Shown: positions 11,001-26,662 of the stretch, one piece after another
Position numbering within the stretch: the first letter of the stretch is position 1
Layout of the letters: each line of letters begins with the position of its first letter
Source: Phoronis australis
Lineage: Eukaryota > Animalia > Phoronida
NCBI GenBank assembly: GCA_002633005.1
Contig: NMRA01000155.1
Span: forward strand, 703,536 to 767,535
Length of the DNA stretch: 64,000 nt
Direction: 5' to 3'
The notes under the pieces: generated by a model
Seen by the model: only the letters and a program-made list of their open reading frames with translations
Told to the model about the DNA's origin: nothing
Database searches by the model: none
Program-made: the position numbers and the translations under genes

Positions 11001-14000
11001 ACGACCACCAGCCATTTTGAATTTAAATCAAACGCAACCACCCATAAATTTCTATTTCAGTTGCCTTCCCCCCCCTCCCACACAGATTTTGCTGGAACAG
11101 CCCTAAGTAACAAGGTGCACGCTGCAGGGTAAAACGGTGCTTACCGAATGTCGTCACCTGAACCTGAGTCTTTGAGTTGACATCTGACGCAAGCCTGGCA
11201 GCTAGATGACCCAGCATCTGACCTAGCGTGACCCAGGGTCGAGTATTCGGGCTCAGGGCATTGGTGAGTGCTTGGGCATTCAGCTGTAGGTCAAAGAGCA
11301 AAGGTTAAGCATTAGTTGAGATAAACTGCTCAACCTCTAAAATGCACTTGGCACGTCGTAATGAATTGTTCACTATATATCAAATGTTAACAGTTTGTTT
11401 ACAGTCAGCAGGGCACAGACTCGTTATTCTGCTCAATTATATTTTGACTGGGCAGAGAAAAGAGTAAAATGACATGACTGTATTTTAACAATCTCTGTGT
11501 GTGATAACATGCACCACTCAAAGTTGTTATAAACTACATCAAGCTAAGAACATCGGCCTTCTTTACAGCTGCATATACTGTCTCATTGATTTGTATCATT
11601 TGTTTAAATTTAAATTGGATACAATGAATCATCTGGAATTAACCTGACGACCATACTGGCATGGCAACTGAAACTAACCAGCCATTACATAGCCACTGGT
11701 GTGAAGCACTGACCACCTCTTAGTTGTTGCCAAGCCTAGAAAGCCTTATAGAGACCGATTTTACCACAGTAAGTGTCTCAATATTCACGAGTTGCTTTTT
11801 GACAGAAGACATTGATTTTATGCACCTTTAAAAGGTTGCATGCATTTAAAAAAAATAGTAATTGCAGGCTGTCTGGTAACGTTGTACCAAACATTCACAG
11901 GGCGTGCATATGTGCACTGATCACCTGAAACCATTCATATGCTTCCACTACGTAATTAAAACCAAGCGGAGGAGCTAGAAACATGACTCAAGGGTCTAGC
12001 ATTGTGGCCCACTGGGACTCGAACTCACGGCTTCGAGTAAAGAAAAGGTGGGCATTTATCACATTGCCTCCTGCAGGCATTGGTTATATGCACCCTTAAA
12101 ACAGTTGAAGGCACTGGTTATGTGCCCCTTAAAACAGTTGTTTTGAACTTTGATGTTTTAGACAAGGAAAAGCTTTTACTATCAAAATGTGTGTAAAACA
12201 CTTACTGCTCCAAATAAACTCTTGCCTTGGACTGTGTCAACAAACTGTTGAGCAATCTCCTCGGCCACCCTTGACTGGGCTTCCACCGTACTGGCCCCTA
12301 GGTGCGGGGTACTCACTACGTTAGGGTGGTTGACAAGATTCATGTTTGTGGGTGGCTCCTGAAATGGACGGGATGTTTGTAGTGCACAGTGTCTCTTTGC
12401 TGTGTCATTCATGAAATTAAACCACTTGTCCAGACAAAGAAAGGGACACAATTATACAACAGTTGCTATCAAGTATACTTTGAATATACACACTAAATGT
12501 GGTGCTGCAGCCTGAAGGCATACAATGAAAATGATCAGTTAATTTTTTGTAAGTAACAACAATTTATTGATGCAATACCAATTTTCCACTGATTATATGA
12601 ACTGTACTAATATCAAAAGTGTAAGAATTAAACCATTGATATCTATTCTATAATCTACCACCTCTACAGAAATCAGTCACAGTGTAAGAACTAGGCAGTG
12701 CTACTTGCGGCTAGTTTCTCCCAAATTTAGCGAGATGCGGTAAGTCGTCCAAGATTCCAGCAAAGCTTGTGACTCTATTAGCTTTCACTTGTAAGTATCT
12801 TGCGTTACAAAGTGCATCCATGAGGAGCCTTTCGCATTGAAATGAATTTATGAAATACCTCTACAAACACATCAAGTCCAGCACCAGCACATTGTCCAGA
12901 CTGCAGCGCCCTCAAGAGGGCATCCTCATCAATTATACCACCGCGAGCGCAGTTGACAACCCGCACACCTTTCTTGCACTTTGCAAATACATTGTCATTG
13001 ATCATATCTGAAACGCAAAAATATTAAACTTCCTAGTTCACAAGATCAAAACAAACAGGATTCTGGGATGGAAATGAGTCTATGGCAGCGTCTTTAAGTT
13101 CCAATTTTCATCCCCTAAACCCAAGTTTGGACCAATAAACACCAAGCATGTGCTAGAGTAATTGCACTACACTCGCACAACTAAACTGCACACATGCGAC
13201 CATGATTTCCTAAACCCAGTGACGAAAGAACATACCCACAGCATACAGCCTGGGTGAATTTGGTCCCCAGATTTAGAGTTTGGTAAGTATGGAGTATTTT
13301 CAGTGCATCTCAGCAATTTAAGTGTTCAGATATGGAAATTGTGCCATGAGTTTGGTGTTTCTGGTCCGGTACTGGAGTCTACGGGACAGAAAATCTGAAT
13401 TTGAGGGCAATGTCATGGATTCTTTTCACCTCCCCAAAGTTGCAGAAAATTAAACTGAGTTCATTATATGATGAAAACTTCCCGAGGTGGCAAGTCCCTC
13501 ACTAGAAGCATCCTACATGGTAGTTTAGTAAGTATCTGGTAACACTATTTAGACAGTGTTAAGTTTGAACTGAACTGATGAATGGGGACTTGAGTACTTA
13601 CGCTTAGTCTGAGGAATGAGAGGAGTGTGTACAGTGATGTAGTCTGCCAGGGGCCATAACTCCTCAAGTGGCATCCACTTAGTGTTGAACTCTGCACTCA
13701 CTGAAGCTGGTATAATCGGGTCGAAACCAATGGTCTGAAGAAAATAGAAAGACATTACCAGACTAAAGTGAAGGGCACTGCCAGGTATCTCCCGAACTTA
13801 AATAAAGAAAACAAACCACCAGTCTTTGACAATTCTACTTCTTAAAGAGGCAAAAATACACACTTCACTGAAGAAACTACCTTATAATGACTTAATGTTG
13901 TAAAGCTGGCCTCAATTCGTTTAAGTCTCGCTTAGATCTGACAGTTCTTTGCTTAGACCACACTCGGCACATAAAATGACACATCAGGATAAGTCAACTT

Positions 14001-17000
14001 GTAGACCCTGGTCTCAACCAATAACAAACACTCTGTTCTTTCCAAGATGAGAAATTACACCTAATTTGATTTCATGGGAAATTTTTAAGACAAATTTATT
14101 AATGGTAAATGGTCTAAATAAAAAGTTGTTTTAGTGACAGAAGGTGGGTTTAGTTCTGGTTTAATTTCTGCATATTTTGTAATGTTTAATCAGAGTATTA
14201 TACAGACGTACTGACCCTAACTAATTGCATGGATATTCTTATAAACAGTTTTCTTTGGCAATGAAAACAACTCTTGCCTCACAAATCAGGTTTTAATAAT
14301 CATGGTTTCATCATCACGTTCTAACACTACAGTTGACCATGATATCTGACAACTCACCGTCATTCCAAATGACTGCATCCTCAGGGCTACTTCCTTTCCA
14401 ATGCGACCCAAGCCAATGATCGCCAATGTCTTCCCATACAGCTCATTACCCATGTATTTCTTCCTATCCCACCTACCGGCCTTCAGAGATTCTGTACCTT
14501 GGGGAATGAACCTACAGGGCAAGACAAAAGTAATCAAACCCCGTAACAAAAAGAGGAAAATTTCCAGGTAGTGTATCATTCTACAAATAAATAGGTTTAT
14601 GTGAAAGAAATATTTTTGTGTTGTAAAATTCAACTGCAAAAATTTTTGTTTTGCATGAATAACGTCAAAATAATGATAAAAAAGATCTGAAAACAGGAAA
14701 TCAAATAATAGAAAATTGAAACCAAAAAACAGGAAATCCTCTTAAATGAGGAGAATTCCAAGCCCAGCAATTTGAAATCTTAGTACCTGTTGCACATCAT
14801 TTACGTAAATAACATACTTAGGGCCCTCCTCAGACCTCATATACTCTCTCCAACTAAATAAAATACTTAGGATTCTCTTGAGGTACTGAACACATTAGCA
14901 CAAACAGATGTGTCAGATAATCTCACCTGGTCATAGCACACATCATAGCACAAGTGTGTTCAGCAGCGCTTAGGGTGTTACCTCCTGGGGTGCTGGAAAA
15001 ACAACGTAACCATTGTTACTGACAGTAATGTCATTCACAGTTCTGGTTTATAAATTAAAAATCTTAAAGTCAGCCGGCATTATTAATTCTTAATTATTAT
15101 CAATTTAATGCGGCATTAAATCAGACTTCCATCAGGAAAATAGTTTTTGACTGACGCTACTTACTATTTCTTAAATTGGTTGCAAAATATCCCTCAGTCT
15201 AATTGGAGGTGACTTCAGGGCTTCTAAACAACTGACATTTAACATTATTGCTGGAGACCAAGAAAAGTTAGCAATTGTTATGCCGTGTCATTTTATGCAC
15301 TAACAAGGGTTTTGAAGAATAACTAAAGGTCAGTTCTTTGCAAACTCACAAATTATACCGGTTTAAACCTAAATGAAGAAATATCGAATAATTCAAAAGT
15401 GGTTAAAAGTAAGAACGTGTGAATTCCTCCAGCTAAAGGTAACAGGATACCTTCATTACCAATGATCGGATTATAACATGAAAAAACACACTTTTGAACA
15501 AAAAACACAATTACGAGATTATGAACATCTGTACAATGCTTCTGGCACACAAAATAAGATTCTGTGATCATCAAAACGTACTTCAAAGATTAACTCACCA
15601 TCCAATGGAGCAAAAAGTGGGAAGAGACACGTTCTGAAGAATTTCATCCTATTTGTACATTTTACTTGATCATTTCACAAGGAATGTTAAATTTATCTTC
15701 CATAAATCCTCAACATAGATGACTTACTTCATAACAATCACTCCAGCTTTGGTAGCTGCATTGCAATCAATGTTGTCCACTCCAGTTCCAGCTCGACCAA
15801 TGATCTTCAACCGTCGCCCGGCATTGATCACGTCAGCGGTCACTTTGGTAGCGGAACGCACAATTAGTCCATCGTAAGCCTAGAAATGGATAATTAGCTT
15901 AAATACATTTGCAGTTAAATACATTTAGATAAACATCACCTCATTATTAAATACCCTACTCCTTGCCCTCCCCCCAAAATGGAAATAGTCTGACGAGATT
16001 CTCTAATAGAGATTAGACTGTCACAGGGTTTACAGGACTTTTTACCAACTATGCAATTTACATAAAAGCATTTAGCTCCAAATTTTCTGACATAGAGCAA
16101 AAATAAACGAAGCTAAGTTAACACACCCAAACATCAACTTGTTCAGATTGTTTAAACAGTATCAGCTTAGCTTCAGGCCTAATAATAATGTTTCAGTTAA
16201 CATAATATCAACAAGTGAGCTACTAGTATTGTATTTATCTCATTTAATGTATTGTCTTTTGCTGTAAGTAGATATTACTCAGAGCTTTAGAAGTCACACC
16301 AATCTACCATTGGTGATAAAAATCAGCAAAATATTACAAGTAATAAGTCCTGAACAAAACAGCAATTATAAATGTTCAAATTTCTTTTGATGAAAATATT
16401 CTACACAACGAATTCCCAATCCTTGTTCCGGATAATTGACTTGCAGATATTTGCTTAATGTAGCTTTTTTCAATAACACTTGCTGCAAAAGGGAAACAGT
16501 TTGATAACAACTCTAACATTGAGTTGGAGAGTATCTTGAATATTGTTATTTCTAAACTATGTGTTCTCAAAAACACTCCATCACAGTTTTTTTCGAAATG
16601 CACTTTTGATTTTTTTATCCAAGTCAATAAAAATAGACATATTTCGATAGCAATTTTTACTTGTCAGCAACTCTCATGGTATCAGGAAGTTTCATCTCAA
16701 TTCAGTCAAGCAAAGGGTGCATAGCAGGTAGAATACAGGCGTCCTGCATTTGAGAACCAGTTTGAGGCCTGTTGTTCAGAGGAGAAATCTGGTTCTGAAA
16801 ATTTAGGACCTAAGTGTTGTATTATACAAATTGCTGCCACAATCTCTCTGTGATGTACGCAATTTTGGGGATATGATGGTCCAAAGTAAACCAAATTTGA
16901 CATATTTCCCAGGTTACTGAATGTTAATCAAATCTGCATGATTCTGTTTATACAGAAAATTAGACAAATCAACAAGAATTCACGTCTCAGATTTCGGTGC

Positions 17001-18325
17001 TATGGAAACTAGCTACAAAGAAATTTACATTGAGATTGTCAGAAGCAGTGTGCTAGTGCAACAATTATTTTTTTACAGAAAACTTGAACAGCTGCACAGG
17101 ACAACAGACCTTTCTTAAAATTTATGTCACACTTAATAAGCTTCATATAATGGGAAGCACGCATGAGTCACATGTCACAACCCAGTAAATACACGCTGTG
17201 AAGTGAATTCAATAGATGTAGGCTGTATGCAGCCGAGCTGATGCAATACTTGTGTCAACTAATGTGCACAGTGTCAATTACAGAACAAAGGAGTAAATTC
17301 ATATACAAGCATTTCACCACAAAACTGCACTACTAAACATAGCTTGGATGATGATGATGTCAATTGTGAATTAGTTTATGTTGCCTTATTTGCTAAGTCA
17401 TCACTGCAGCGTCAGTGAGATAGTTCGGATCAGTCAATGAACAAGTGTGCCCTTGCTCTCACTGTCTGAGTACATGCACCTACATGAATAGTCAGCTCAG
17501 GATTCAAACAAGCTAGACCTCAAACAAGTTATCTTACACTTCCCTATGATCAGTTTGACATGAAAGGTCAAGGGACTGATAAAGGCTGACGTTGTCAATG
17601 GAAATACTTATGCTCATCTTTTCTCAGTTCACAGAAATTACAGTCTCTACTTTCAGACCAGGGCAGCTAGTCCACCACCTGTGAGGTAAGGCCCGACACT
17701 GATGCTAAACTAGTGCATATGAGGTTTGGCTGGGCTATGTGTTGCCAATGTCCAGGCTCGTCATTCCACGCCGATCCGATCACTATTGACATAAATGATG
17801 GAAAATTCCCACTGTAAAATTATCACATGCTTGAGTGATTCAAACAACTATTCAAAAACACATGTATAAAATGTTGAAAGGTACACCAGCGACACTTCAG
17901 ATCAAAAGCGTCATATTGGGTCTAGTCATTGACAAGGAGAAACGCGGAAGTTGCCGCGATAATCTGACGAGATGAGCAGACTAACAGACAAGGGCTAAAA
18001 CCAGAAAACTGTGTCACGGGTATACCCCGGCCGGGTCAAGCCGGTGCATTTGAGGTTATCGTTTATATAAGCAGTCGACAGCACCTAGTAAGATCAGAAT
18101 ACGTTGAAGTGAAAACCGTGGATTTACTAGCAAAGATCGCAGGATATTGCCCTCAACTGCGTGGTGCATGGGGTTTGCTCTCCAACTTACCGGTATCTCA
18201 TTAAGCAATTGTTCTTTGGAGAGTTTGGTGTTCTTTGTCACTTCAACACCATTAGCCTGTAGAATGCTGACGCATTTAGGATCAACTTCATCGCTGATCA
18301 AAACTTTTTTCAACTCAAAAACCAT
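8082..18325 (-). CDS. PHGDH: D-3-phosphoglycerate dehydrogenase (11 exons, 530 aa)
   Basis: Exons 18325-18191, 15879-15728, 14992-14927, 14511-14358, 13734-13602, 13007-12859, 12358-12206, 11283-11145, 10272-10145, 9415-9187, 8236-8082 sum to 1593 nt in frame. Motifs: [22 protein letters not shown] (Rossmann fold), [23 protein letters not shown]. Confidence 0.97.
9449..9611 (-). mobile_element. Terminal fragment of the TTAA-flanked THAP (Kolobok-like) DNA transposon family
   Basis: Closely similar to 62293-62459 and 34835-34999; ends gttgccttttcct followed by TTAA (9612-9615). Confidence 0.75.
9640..9915. repeat. Degenerate tandem repeat (~130-150 bp unit, two clear copies)
   Basis: ctctggcact..accaa(c/t)aggtggcaaatt..ccatattt..aacttcatctccaagccat at ~9682-9756 and ~9832-9913. 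Confidence 0.55.
10531..11103. mobile_element. PIF/Harbinger-like MITE with TAA target duplication
   Basis: TIRs gggctgttccagtaaaatctgt..gaaggca / tgccttccc..acagattttgctggaacagccc; TAA on both flanks (10528-10530, 11104-11106). The superfamily call rests on the 3-bp TWA TSD. Confidence 0.75.
12004..12040 (-). other. tRNA-like 3' half (B-box), probably a SINE remnant
   Basis: The minus strand reads gtgagttcgagtcccagtgggcca (T-arm/B-box-like). No intact 5' half or anticodon arm is visible. Confidence 0.3.
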
Positions 18326-18413
18326 CTTAGTACCCTAGGATCTTCCTACCACACTGGCCCTGGGACTTACTGCGGTGCACGATATAATCGAAGGAGACAG
18401 ACAGCGTGACAGG

Positions 18414-18499
18414 CACGTGTATTTATATGAATGGCTAGGTCAAGGGAGACAATTCTATACCATATTTGTCAGCGGTTTGTTTACTTTCGCCATATTTGG
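18414..18499 (-). promoter_or_regulatory. PHGDH core promoter: TATA, E-box, CArG box
   Basis: TATAAATA on the minus strand at 18420-18427 (~95 bp upstream of the ATG), CACGTG at 18414-18419, CCATATTTGG at 18490-18499. Confidence 0.5.
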
Positions 18500-19135
18500 A
18501 AAATGTACACTAAACCCTAAACATAACCACTGAGCGCTAGGGAAGTTACAGATAAGTGCGAAATAGAAAAAGTTACAAGCAAAAAATGCAAGAAAAATAA
18601 AAATGGCACAAAGTAACATTTAACATGTGTATATGCATTTTATTGCTTAGTGCTGAAAGGGGTCACGGCGAGGTCAGGACCACTTTATAAACTTGTTAGG
18701 TGACCGATTTCAGTGCTCCGAAGGTGATTTCAGGTTCTCAAAAGAGCCACTTGAGATCGGGATCTACAAATGTTCTTGTCACTGCGTGTCATTTCATGCA
18801 CGAAGCATGGTGTCAACTAGGAACAGTGGCGTATTTAGAATATCACAAGGGGGTCCAACATTTTGTCTGTTAATGCATTTGCGCAAAGCACGATTGTAGA
18901 TGCGCATAGCACCGAATGGGGGGGGGGGGTCGAGAGGGGGGTTTACCCCCTCCCGCCCAGGAAATTTTTCTGTCTTACCTCTAAAAAACAAGCATTCTCC
19001 TTGATTCCAGTATCCAAGAAAAAAGGCAAAAAAAAACAAAACCGCCTGTATGACTGAGGAATAATGGAGGCAGACTCAAAAATCACTTTATTAGTCATTT
19101 CTGAGTTTGGAACAAATGAGACCATAATTCTCCAA

Positions 19136-19422
19136 CATGGGCGCACCCAGGGAGGGGTGGCTCAGGGAGCTAGAAGGATTGGAGACCCCCAATTTGGCAA
19201 ATTGGGCAAAAAGCTCCGCCTCGGTGAAACAAAAAGTTCGGTTAAACGGGACAAAAGTCCACAAAGTCCACAGGAATCCGGCGCGAATGCACAGTTCGCA
19301 AGCCTGAATAAACCTAGTGGCCCCGTTTTTTTTAGTCCTCGCTGTTTTTTTTTTTTTTTCAGCAAAAGGTCCACATACCGACAAATTTGAGCCCCCTATA
19401 TTTTAGGTTGGGTGCGCGCATA
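19136..19422. mobile_element. Non-autonomous hAT-like element, 5-bp TSD family, copy 1
   Basis: Termini catgggcgcaccca..tgggtgcgcgcata; TCCAA duplicated at 19131-19135 and 19423-19427. Confidence 0.75.
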
Positions 19423-20489
19423 TCCAAAACGGTATTCTTATTATACGCGTGTAACCTGCTGAACCAACAACAAAAACAAAAACAAGAGAGACATCTAATG
19501 TACGTATGAATGCGCTACATTATCTCGAGTTTAACTCAACGAAAGTTTATATTTTCTGATTTTAAGTTATATCAACCTGTCACTAATTACGTCACGAGAC
19601 AATGTTTTCTATAACTCAGTAAAAAGAGAGGTACATTCATAGCAAAACCAGAGGATCAATAACATGAGTAAATTTCATGTAAAATAAGTAAACCTGAAAC
19701 AACGCTAACATGTTGCAAAATGTTTATCGATGGATTCATCGCACATGTGTGATCTTCGTTTCATGAGATTACGTGCCTGTATTCAGCGTAGCTTCAATCA
19801 TGTTAACAGCTGCAGCTTAGAACCTGACTCCTACGATCTTTCCTTTTTGATATCACTACCAAAATCCATCGTGGTTGCTCATTCGTACTTGGACCCAGGT
19901 AGTGCAGTCAGATCTTCGAACTATTAGGTTTCTCTGTGATACTCAAAGACAGACAACTCTTTCATAAACTAACTTAGTCCCAAACAAACTAAAGCAGGGG
20001 AAACGTAGTCATGTAAATCAAACTCATTGAACATGAGATTAAGTTTCGGAAATAAACAGATTTTAATCAATGATTAGAATTAGGCTAATTTAAGTGACGC
20101 GTCAACAAAATGGCCGAAACAGCTGATGACCGTTTTTTATTGATTTCTACATGAATCAGCAAATTGGCCAAGAATGTTGTGTTTTGTCGCCTTTGTATAG
20201 GCTGAAAGCACCACAACTTTGTGTGCAGATATAAGAGCAGTCTTTACTTCAAACCATTACGAGTCCGTTTTGAAAATAAGACCGAATTTGTACGAACAGC
20301 TAGGGTTAGGGATTTTGATGATTTTGTGATGATAATAATAATGAATGAGGCGTGCATGCAAGGATTACATTTTTAAATTCACATTATTTAGAAATTCTGC
20401 GATGTCATGATTTTGTTTCACGCGCCATGAAACAGTAAACTACGTGCCTGACAGGCGCCACAGTTGTCCGTGACGCTATTTCCATCCTA

Positions 20490-20600
20490 CCAATGAAATG
20501 TTATTTTACAGATAAGATATGACGCATATACGCATTTTACCATACAAACGTTCGCTACAATAGCCTGGATATTGTTCCATGACAACAAAGAGGTATATAA
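20490..20600 (+). promoter_or_regulatory. Alpha-tubulin promoter: CCAAT, X-box-like, TATA
   Basis: CCAAT 20490-20494, GTTCCATGACAAC 20574-20586, TATATAA 20594-20600; ATG at 20710. Confidence 0.6.
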
Positions 20601-20709
20601 GCTTGCGTTTGAATTTTTCGCAACACAACTCTCGCAGAGATCATCAAAGTCATTTGTGAGCAATTGTCTTTTGTTTGATCTTTAGTTTATTTAAGTTAAA
20701 GCTAACAAC

Positions 20710-23434
<2,725 letters not shown>

Positions 23435-24157
23435 GATCTCGCAAGAAAAAAAGAATAGATAAAACATTATATTTAGTTTAAGAGCATAACGTAATTTCAC
23501 AATAGCTGGACAATACAAAAACGTGAGAGTCCAATGAGGCTGTTTTTTTTCTTTTGACCAGTTAGCGTGCTTGGTGGGCACAAACACTAAGTTTATCTAT
23601 GCTGGGTCTGTTTTATGAAAAGATTCCAGCATAGATTAACTTAGTATTTTTCAGCCGTGTACCTTACTGAACAGTGATAGAGCTTGATTTAACTGTCCCA
23701 CACGTGATCGTGAACCCAAAACGGCTTCTTCTCACTGCATATTTTTATCTGGGCCTATGTTCACGCCTTACTGTCGTTGTTGTCAAGTGTTGACATAATT
23801 TTAAATTTATTAAGGAAGAAACTAGTCTTGTTATACAATTCCAGTTTCATAACATTATCACTATCAAGTGAGAGGTCGTCCTTATCATGAAATTGGTCAA
23901 ATTTCACATTCTCATGTAGCTCTCAATGCTGTTTAAGCTAGAATAGCTAAAAACTAATTGATCCCCTACTTTTTTCTATTATTTTATAAAAAATAGAATA
24001 TCGAAACAAAAAAACAAATAAAAGGAAAAAATAACGTAACTTTTTGTGTAGAAGCCCAAATGCTAAAATTTGAGGTATTAAATCCAGAAAGTAAAGTTTA
24101 GTTACGACAACGTAAAAGTCACTCGATAAACCGGAAATAAACAAAGCCTTTCAAACA

Positions 24158-24258
24158 TAAAACTGATATTGTACAACGACATGAAAATTGATATCGTACA
24201 ACGATATTAAAACTGATATCGTACAACGACATGAAAGGTGATATCGTACAACGACATT
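24158..24258. repeat. Minisatellite, ~27-bp unit x4 (aaactgatatcgtacaacgacatga)
   Basis: Read directly from the sequence. Confidence 0.8.
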
Positions 24259-26662
24259 TATCAGTTTTCAAGACGTTTTCAACCATTGGCTTAATTAGGG
24301 CAATCGTTTCAAAAACCCATGTAAATCAGTCGGCTGTAAATGGAGAAACAATTCGGTAATAGTCACAGCCGCTTCTCTTTCAAGTTTTCATACTGTTAAA
24401 ATTGATCGTCACATAACAGACAAGTTCAAAAACAATTCACTTATGACATATAACACATAATTTTCATAAAAACACGATTACATAAACCAACAAACTCAAC
24501 CAAAATACCATTCCCAAAATACCATTCCCAAAATACCATTGCAAATGTGAAAAATGACCATCTTGGGAGAAATAGGCCTCCTGGTGCATTTTTAAAATAA
24601 TTATATTTCTAGATGTTAAATTAATTTCACGTTCATTTTTGAAAAGTTTGATGGAAGGAGGTTCTGTTTTTAACCCTCGCGAAACCGATCACGAGTGGAA
24701 AGCTTGTACAGCGCATGCGTGGTGTAACTACGTCACGCATATTACAGAGCCGCTCTCTAAGTTGAAAAATTGGCACTAACCGTAACTCAGCGTGAGTGAG
24801 TTAGGAAGGGTGCTGTATCAGCGAATATTTACCAATCGTGCAATCAAAACTTTGGCTAGAAGATTTCTTCTGTGTGATGCATCACTGTTCCTAAATATAA
24901 AAAGCCATGTTCGTTTTTTGATCAATTTTTGTCGATCTCTCAGAAAACCGGCGTCAAAGGACAGTCCGGCAGAGTATTCAAGCAAATTATCATTTAAAGC
25001 TCCATTTCTGCCTGTCTAACTGGCTCCCCTTACGAGATCATGCTGCACAGGCAAAGTTCTCAATGTGTACGTACCATTGTTGACCGATCGTGTTCTGGAC
25101 TATGAGTAGCTGGAATTTTGGAAACACTAAAAGTAGAACCCTGTCACTTTAACTTTACTTTCGTTTTAAGTTCAGATAGACAGGGCGAACAACATGTATC
25201 ATGCTCGAGTCCTATCGCTCCCCACCTCACTAAAACCGCCGGGAACCCCGATTATAGATAGGCCTATGTCAAAGCAACTACATGTATAAGCGTGGTTTGG
25301 ATTAAAATCTGAAAATGATAAAAACCTCGCCAGCTATCTACATACTCTCTCCCGTGATGGCTCATGATGCAATGGCGGCTTCATTGGCATAGAATTTGGA
25401 GCCTACTGAAAATAGCATCATCAGGCAAGTTTCATAACTCGAGCTGTCAGTTCTGCGGAACTTTTGCGTACGTAAGTCGCGCTTAGTAATCAGACACTGA
25501 GGGACTGCACCGGGACTGAACACATTTGTTTTAGTTGGCCAAATATGAGTAGGTCTACGAACTTATAAAGATCAGTGCACATTCATTAATTCAACCTTTC
25601 GGGGTTTTTTTTGACAATAACCCGCATAAAACGTCGATTACTAACGCCGGTCTAAAGTTTACCAAGCATCGATCCCGGCAGTCATATGCTTTGGGCAGTG
25701 CTAAGTTCACTCAACGGCGCAATAGCCTGCCGAGTGCTCAAGGCAAGAGGTTGGCACTTCACTTAATAAACGACTAAACGACGTAAACGGCCTCAAGACA
25801 TATTCCAACTCGGCTGGGTATAGTCTGGCCGGGCCCGGCCGCACAAGGTAGAAGACTCCGATCCGGCCGCAAGGCAACTTGGACGCCGTCCCGCGCCGGC
25901 CCCCCGGCGGCGCCCAGTGGTGAGCCGTCCCCGCGTGCTGCACCGCAGGCCGCGCCGCCGGGGTGACAGGCCGGCTAACTCATAGAATATGTCACGGTAT
26001 GCCGACTGAACGCAGTAAAATAGGCTACACAAACAAATTATGCACGCGCGCTCCCATGCACCCTAGGGCGGGCCGGCCGGGTTCGGCCCGGTCGGGGTCA
26101 CCGTGACCGAACGCGAGCATTAGACTGGTTGGCGAAGCCTCAGTAGTCAGAGAAACAAAAAGTCCGCCTATAGTCAGAGAAACAAAAAGTCCATTGAAAA
26201 GGCGCAAACGCACAATTCACCGGTCTGGACGAGGCTATCCCGTTTCTGGACTCATAGTGGCCTAGCTTCGACTAGAGTGTCGGTAAATCAATTGCTAGTC
26301 ATTCCGTCCACACGGGCGTCGCAAATTCGAGCCCACCCCATATCAACTGAAGGCTGGGTGCGCGCATGTCATGGGTGCAAAATGCGGCAACCAAGGAGAC
26401 TTCAGTGGTAAGCAATCGATGGAATGGATTGTTGAGGACAGAGTTCCGCCAGGGCGCTTCACGAGTGATCTGATATTGTCCGATCTTCAGTTGCCTCTGA
26501 CCACCAAAGTGACGGTTCAGTCACAGTGCTACGAAAAGTATAGGTGGCGCTGTGTCAGAGGGTAATATTCTGCAGTCTCTCAAAAGAGGTCACCCTTAGT
26601 TGTCATTAGATGGCGCAGCACTCAAGTTCTGTTATGGAAAAGGTGAAGCTGCGTCCCTAGAA

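Noticed and set aside
17340-17410. TGATGA box-C-like motifs in PHGDH intron 1 as a snoRNA
   Set aside because: No properly spaced box D or terminal stem on the host strand.
18693-19390. Cluster of overlapping short ORFs (also 36340-36666, 53932-54448, 58697-58885)
   Set aside because: They lie in GC-rich non-autonomous repeats with homopolymer tracts; spurious.
24158-24258. Short regular repeats (also 31915-32360) as a CRISPR-like array
   Set aside because: Head-to-tail degenerate units with no unique spacers, no cas genes, eukaryotic context.
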